Origin: Callorhinchus milii
Taxonomy: Eukaryota
Length of the DNA: 64,000 bases
Direction of reading: 5' to 3'
Assembly: GCF_018977255.1 (NCBI RefSeq)
Contig: NW_024704742.1
Span: forward strand, 58,406,001 to 58,470,000
This document shows, piece after piece, positions 61,626 through 64,000 of this stretch. Made by a program: the position numbers and the translations under genes. The notes below the pieces were generated by a model. The model ran no database searches. It saw only the letters and a program-made list of their open reading frames with translations, and had not been told where the DNA came from. Numbering within the stretch: the stretch's first letter is position 1; every line of letters begins with the position of its first letter.

Positions 61626-63515
61626 CTTTGGAACATTAAAAACAAGCAGGATGAATCAATTACAGGCATTTCAGCGCCCACTCACTTATTGCTTTTTAGA
61701 CAACTTGTTATTTTCTAAACAGAGCGTTCAGAGTGATTGATTCTTCCTCAGTGCAAATTACTTGACAGACTTTTTGATGTAACTGAGCACACGAGTTTAA
61801 CGGGCTTTCATTACATTGAAGGACAGCTTGGCTTCAGTTCAAACCATTCTGCATTAAAGTGCTGGAAGCTTACTTGGCAATTATTAGCAAAACATCTGAG
61901 ATTATCCACTTTCAAACCTTCCCAGGGCACCAACATGCCTGAGATTCATTAATATATATGAGAAGCATGATGTTTTCAGACAGAGAAAACCAGGGTGTTC
62001 AAATGCCTGATCCATTACTGACTGTAATTCACGCATAAATAACGTGGAGAAAAGAATGCAATTTTGCTTTTTTTTAAGTTACAATAAACCACACATTGCA
62101 TGATGTGTGCATTTTGTAATCATTGACAAACAGCAGTTTTGGCTTTCACTTAATAACAAAGGTAGAGGCTAAGACCCCCGTCCATAAACACTTAGTATGT
62201 AGAATGCAGAAAGGCCTTTTGGCCCATCAATAATAATAATAATCCTTGCATTTAGAACAACACCTTAGCACATCGTCAAGACATCTCAAAGTGATTCACA
62301 GGATATACTGTAAAGCGGATTGACTATGTATGTTGTGGACACTTAAGTCTGCAGAGATGTTTTTCACCACATGAACCAATATAATAATAATCCTTGCTTA
62401 TGATATAGCATCATCAAGACGTTTTAAGGATACTACTGCGAAGTGCAGTGACTGTGTACTTATGTGAAAAATCCCACTCACTCTCGCCCTAAACATTTTT
62501 TATTCCTCTTCTTCAAAGAACATAGCATTGATTTAAATGCTGCCTGTACTTTCATAGAAAAGGCAATGATTTGTTACCGAAACTAACAAATATTTGGTAA
62601 ATTTCACCTGCTTGTGCAGGATTTAAGTACAAGCGAAACATAAATCTGAAAAATACAATCACAAACTTGTTTTATTTATTTTGATCATATTTAAGGTAAA
62701 CATATCTCATAATAATTCCAAAATACGTTTCACTGGGAATCGTTACAGAACAATTATAATTCTGCTTGTTGCTCTGATTGGTTGGGCACAGTGAGATCTG
62801 AAGTGATCTCTTTTGTAGCCTGTGTTAATCACGCTTGGCATATTCTGTAATATCACCGCCAGTTATCAAATCACTGTGTAACCTCCTAAATTCTAGGGCG
62901 GCTCGCTCATAAATAACAAAATCTGTAAACTCCGAGAGTCTGTGAACATCACAGTGGTCAGGATGAGGTACATTATCTAGTTGAAACACGCAATCATGTA
63001 AATTAATAATAAAAATAATAATCCTTTCATTTGATGCAGCACCTTATCACAACGTTGAGCTGTCTCAAATCGCTTCGCAAAATATTTTGTAAAGTGGATT
63101 GATTATATTTTGTAGGCGAAACGCGGCAGTCAATTGAGCACTGCAGTCATGGTTTGAGTGATTATAATTTCAAAAACTTGATATATTTGGATGCCCCCAA
63201 GTGACAAGTGGAAACTGGAAGAATTACAAAAAGGTCCCAATTTCTATGATCTGTGTTGACATCCTCACATTTTAATTGTTTTAACAGCTGACTGCTGGCT
63301 CTCCAAGCTCGCCTTTATCCTGACTAATTTTGTCATCTCCACAGCAGTCAGAGTCAACAGAAGTGCTCTTTGCCTATTATTTGACATGTAATGTTTAAAT
63401 TGTTCAATGGATGTTTAAATGGTTCAATGGATTTATAGTCATTACTGGCACCAAAACGGTTTCTGGGAACTCCTGTAAAGACCAATGATTAATTAATTAA
63501 CTCCAGACTGTTTAC

Positions 63516-63751
63516 CCTCAATTTGCGTCCAAAGACACTGATTTTCCCTCTGATTTGTTCCTTTCTGAAACGCCACTCCACCAGGTTCAGACTGTTTTCC
63601 ACAGGAAGAGAGATGTTGCGTCTGGCGATGATTGGGTTCACTGTGCCGGCCAGAATGTGGGGCTCCGTCTGGAAGCTGGTGTCCATACCGTTGGCATACA
63701 TAACCCCAAGGGAGCTGTCATAACCAACCTGGTAACTGTTTTTCAGCTGAT
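63516..63751 (-). CDS. TENM3: Teneurin-3 coding exon (YD-shell region)
   Basis: AG acceptor (plus-strand CT 63752-63753) and GT donor (AC 63514-63515); 236 bp; (D)[39 protein letters not shown]...[21 protein letters not shown]. Confidence 0.96.
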
Positions 63752-64000
63752 CTAAAGCACAAAGTGAATATTAATAATGTTTACATAAGGATAAGTATCC
63801 GTATTCGCAAAATGTTAGTCCTGCAGATTTAATACAATTCTGCATTAGCCAGTCACGTGCCGTTATTTTCATAGTCACTTATTTAAAATCAATAAAATAT
63901 TTAGCAGAATATTTTGGTGTCTCAGATATTCATGTAAAAATAATAATCATTGCATTTGATATAGCACCTTAGCACGCCATTTGAGAAACGCTTCCCAGAA

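Noticed and set aside
1..64000. CRISPR array, prokaryotic defence system or bacterial toxin operon
   Set aside because: The sequence is spliced vertebrate DNA; recurring motifs are dispersed SINE/LINE tails, not regularly spaced repeats, and the toxin-like ORF is teneurin.

Overview
Repeat-rich vertebrate genomic DNA. The SINE, L2 and CR1 repertoire suggests a cartilaginous fish, possibly a chimaera such as elephant shark; this is an inference. Two genes lie tail-to-tail. On the + strand are the last three coding exons of dCMP deaminase (DCTD, 506-8041). On the - strand are the last five coding exons of teneurin-3 (TENM3, 63751 down to 50882), encoding the YD/RHS shell, the Tox-GHH region and the TCAP peptide. 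All eight exons join in frame through GT-AG sites. The ~41 kb between the genes and the introns are packed with tRNA-derived SINEs (two head types sharing a Deu-like segment and an L2-type 3' stem-loop), 5'-truncated L2 and CR1 LINEs, a hAT-type element with an 8-bp TSD, Tc1/pogo-type MITEs, a probable solo LTR and a decayed R4/Dong-like retroelement. I found no convincing new biological system. The best leads are SINE/LINE 3' stem-loop covariation, a chimeric SINE architecture, nested insertions (one creating an in-frame SINE-RT fusion ORF), several fold-back structures, and a DR2/ETS/CRE-like motif cluster in a DCTD intron. Repeat boundaries were read by eye and are approximate; exon boundaries were checked base by base.
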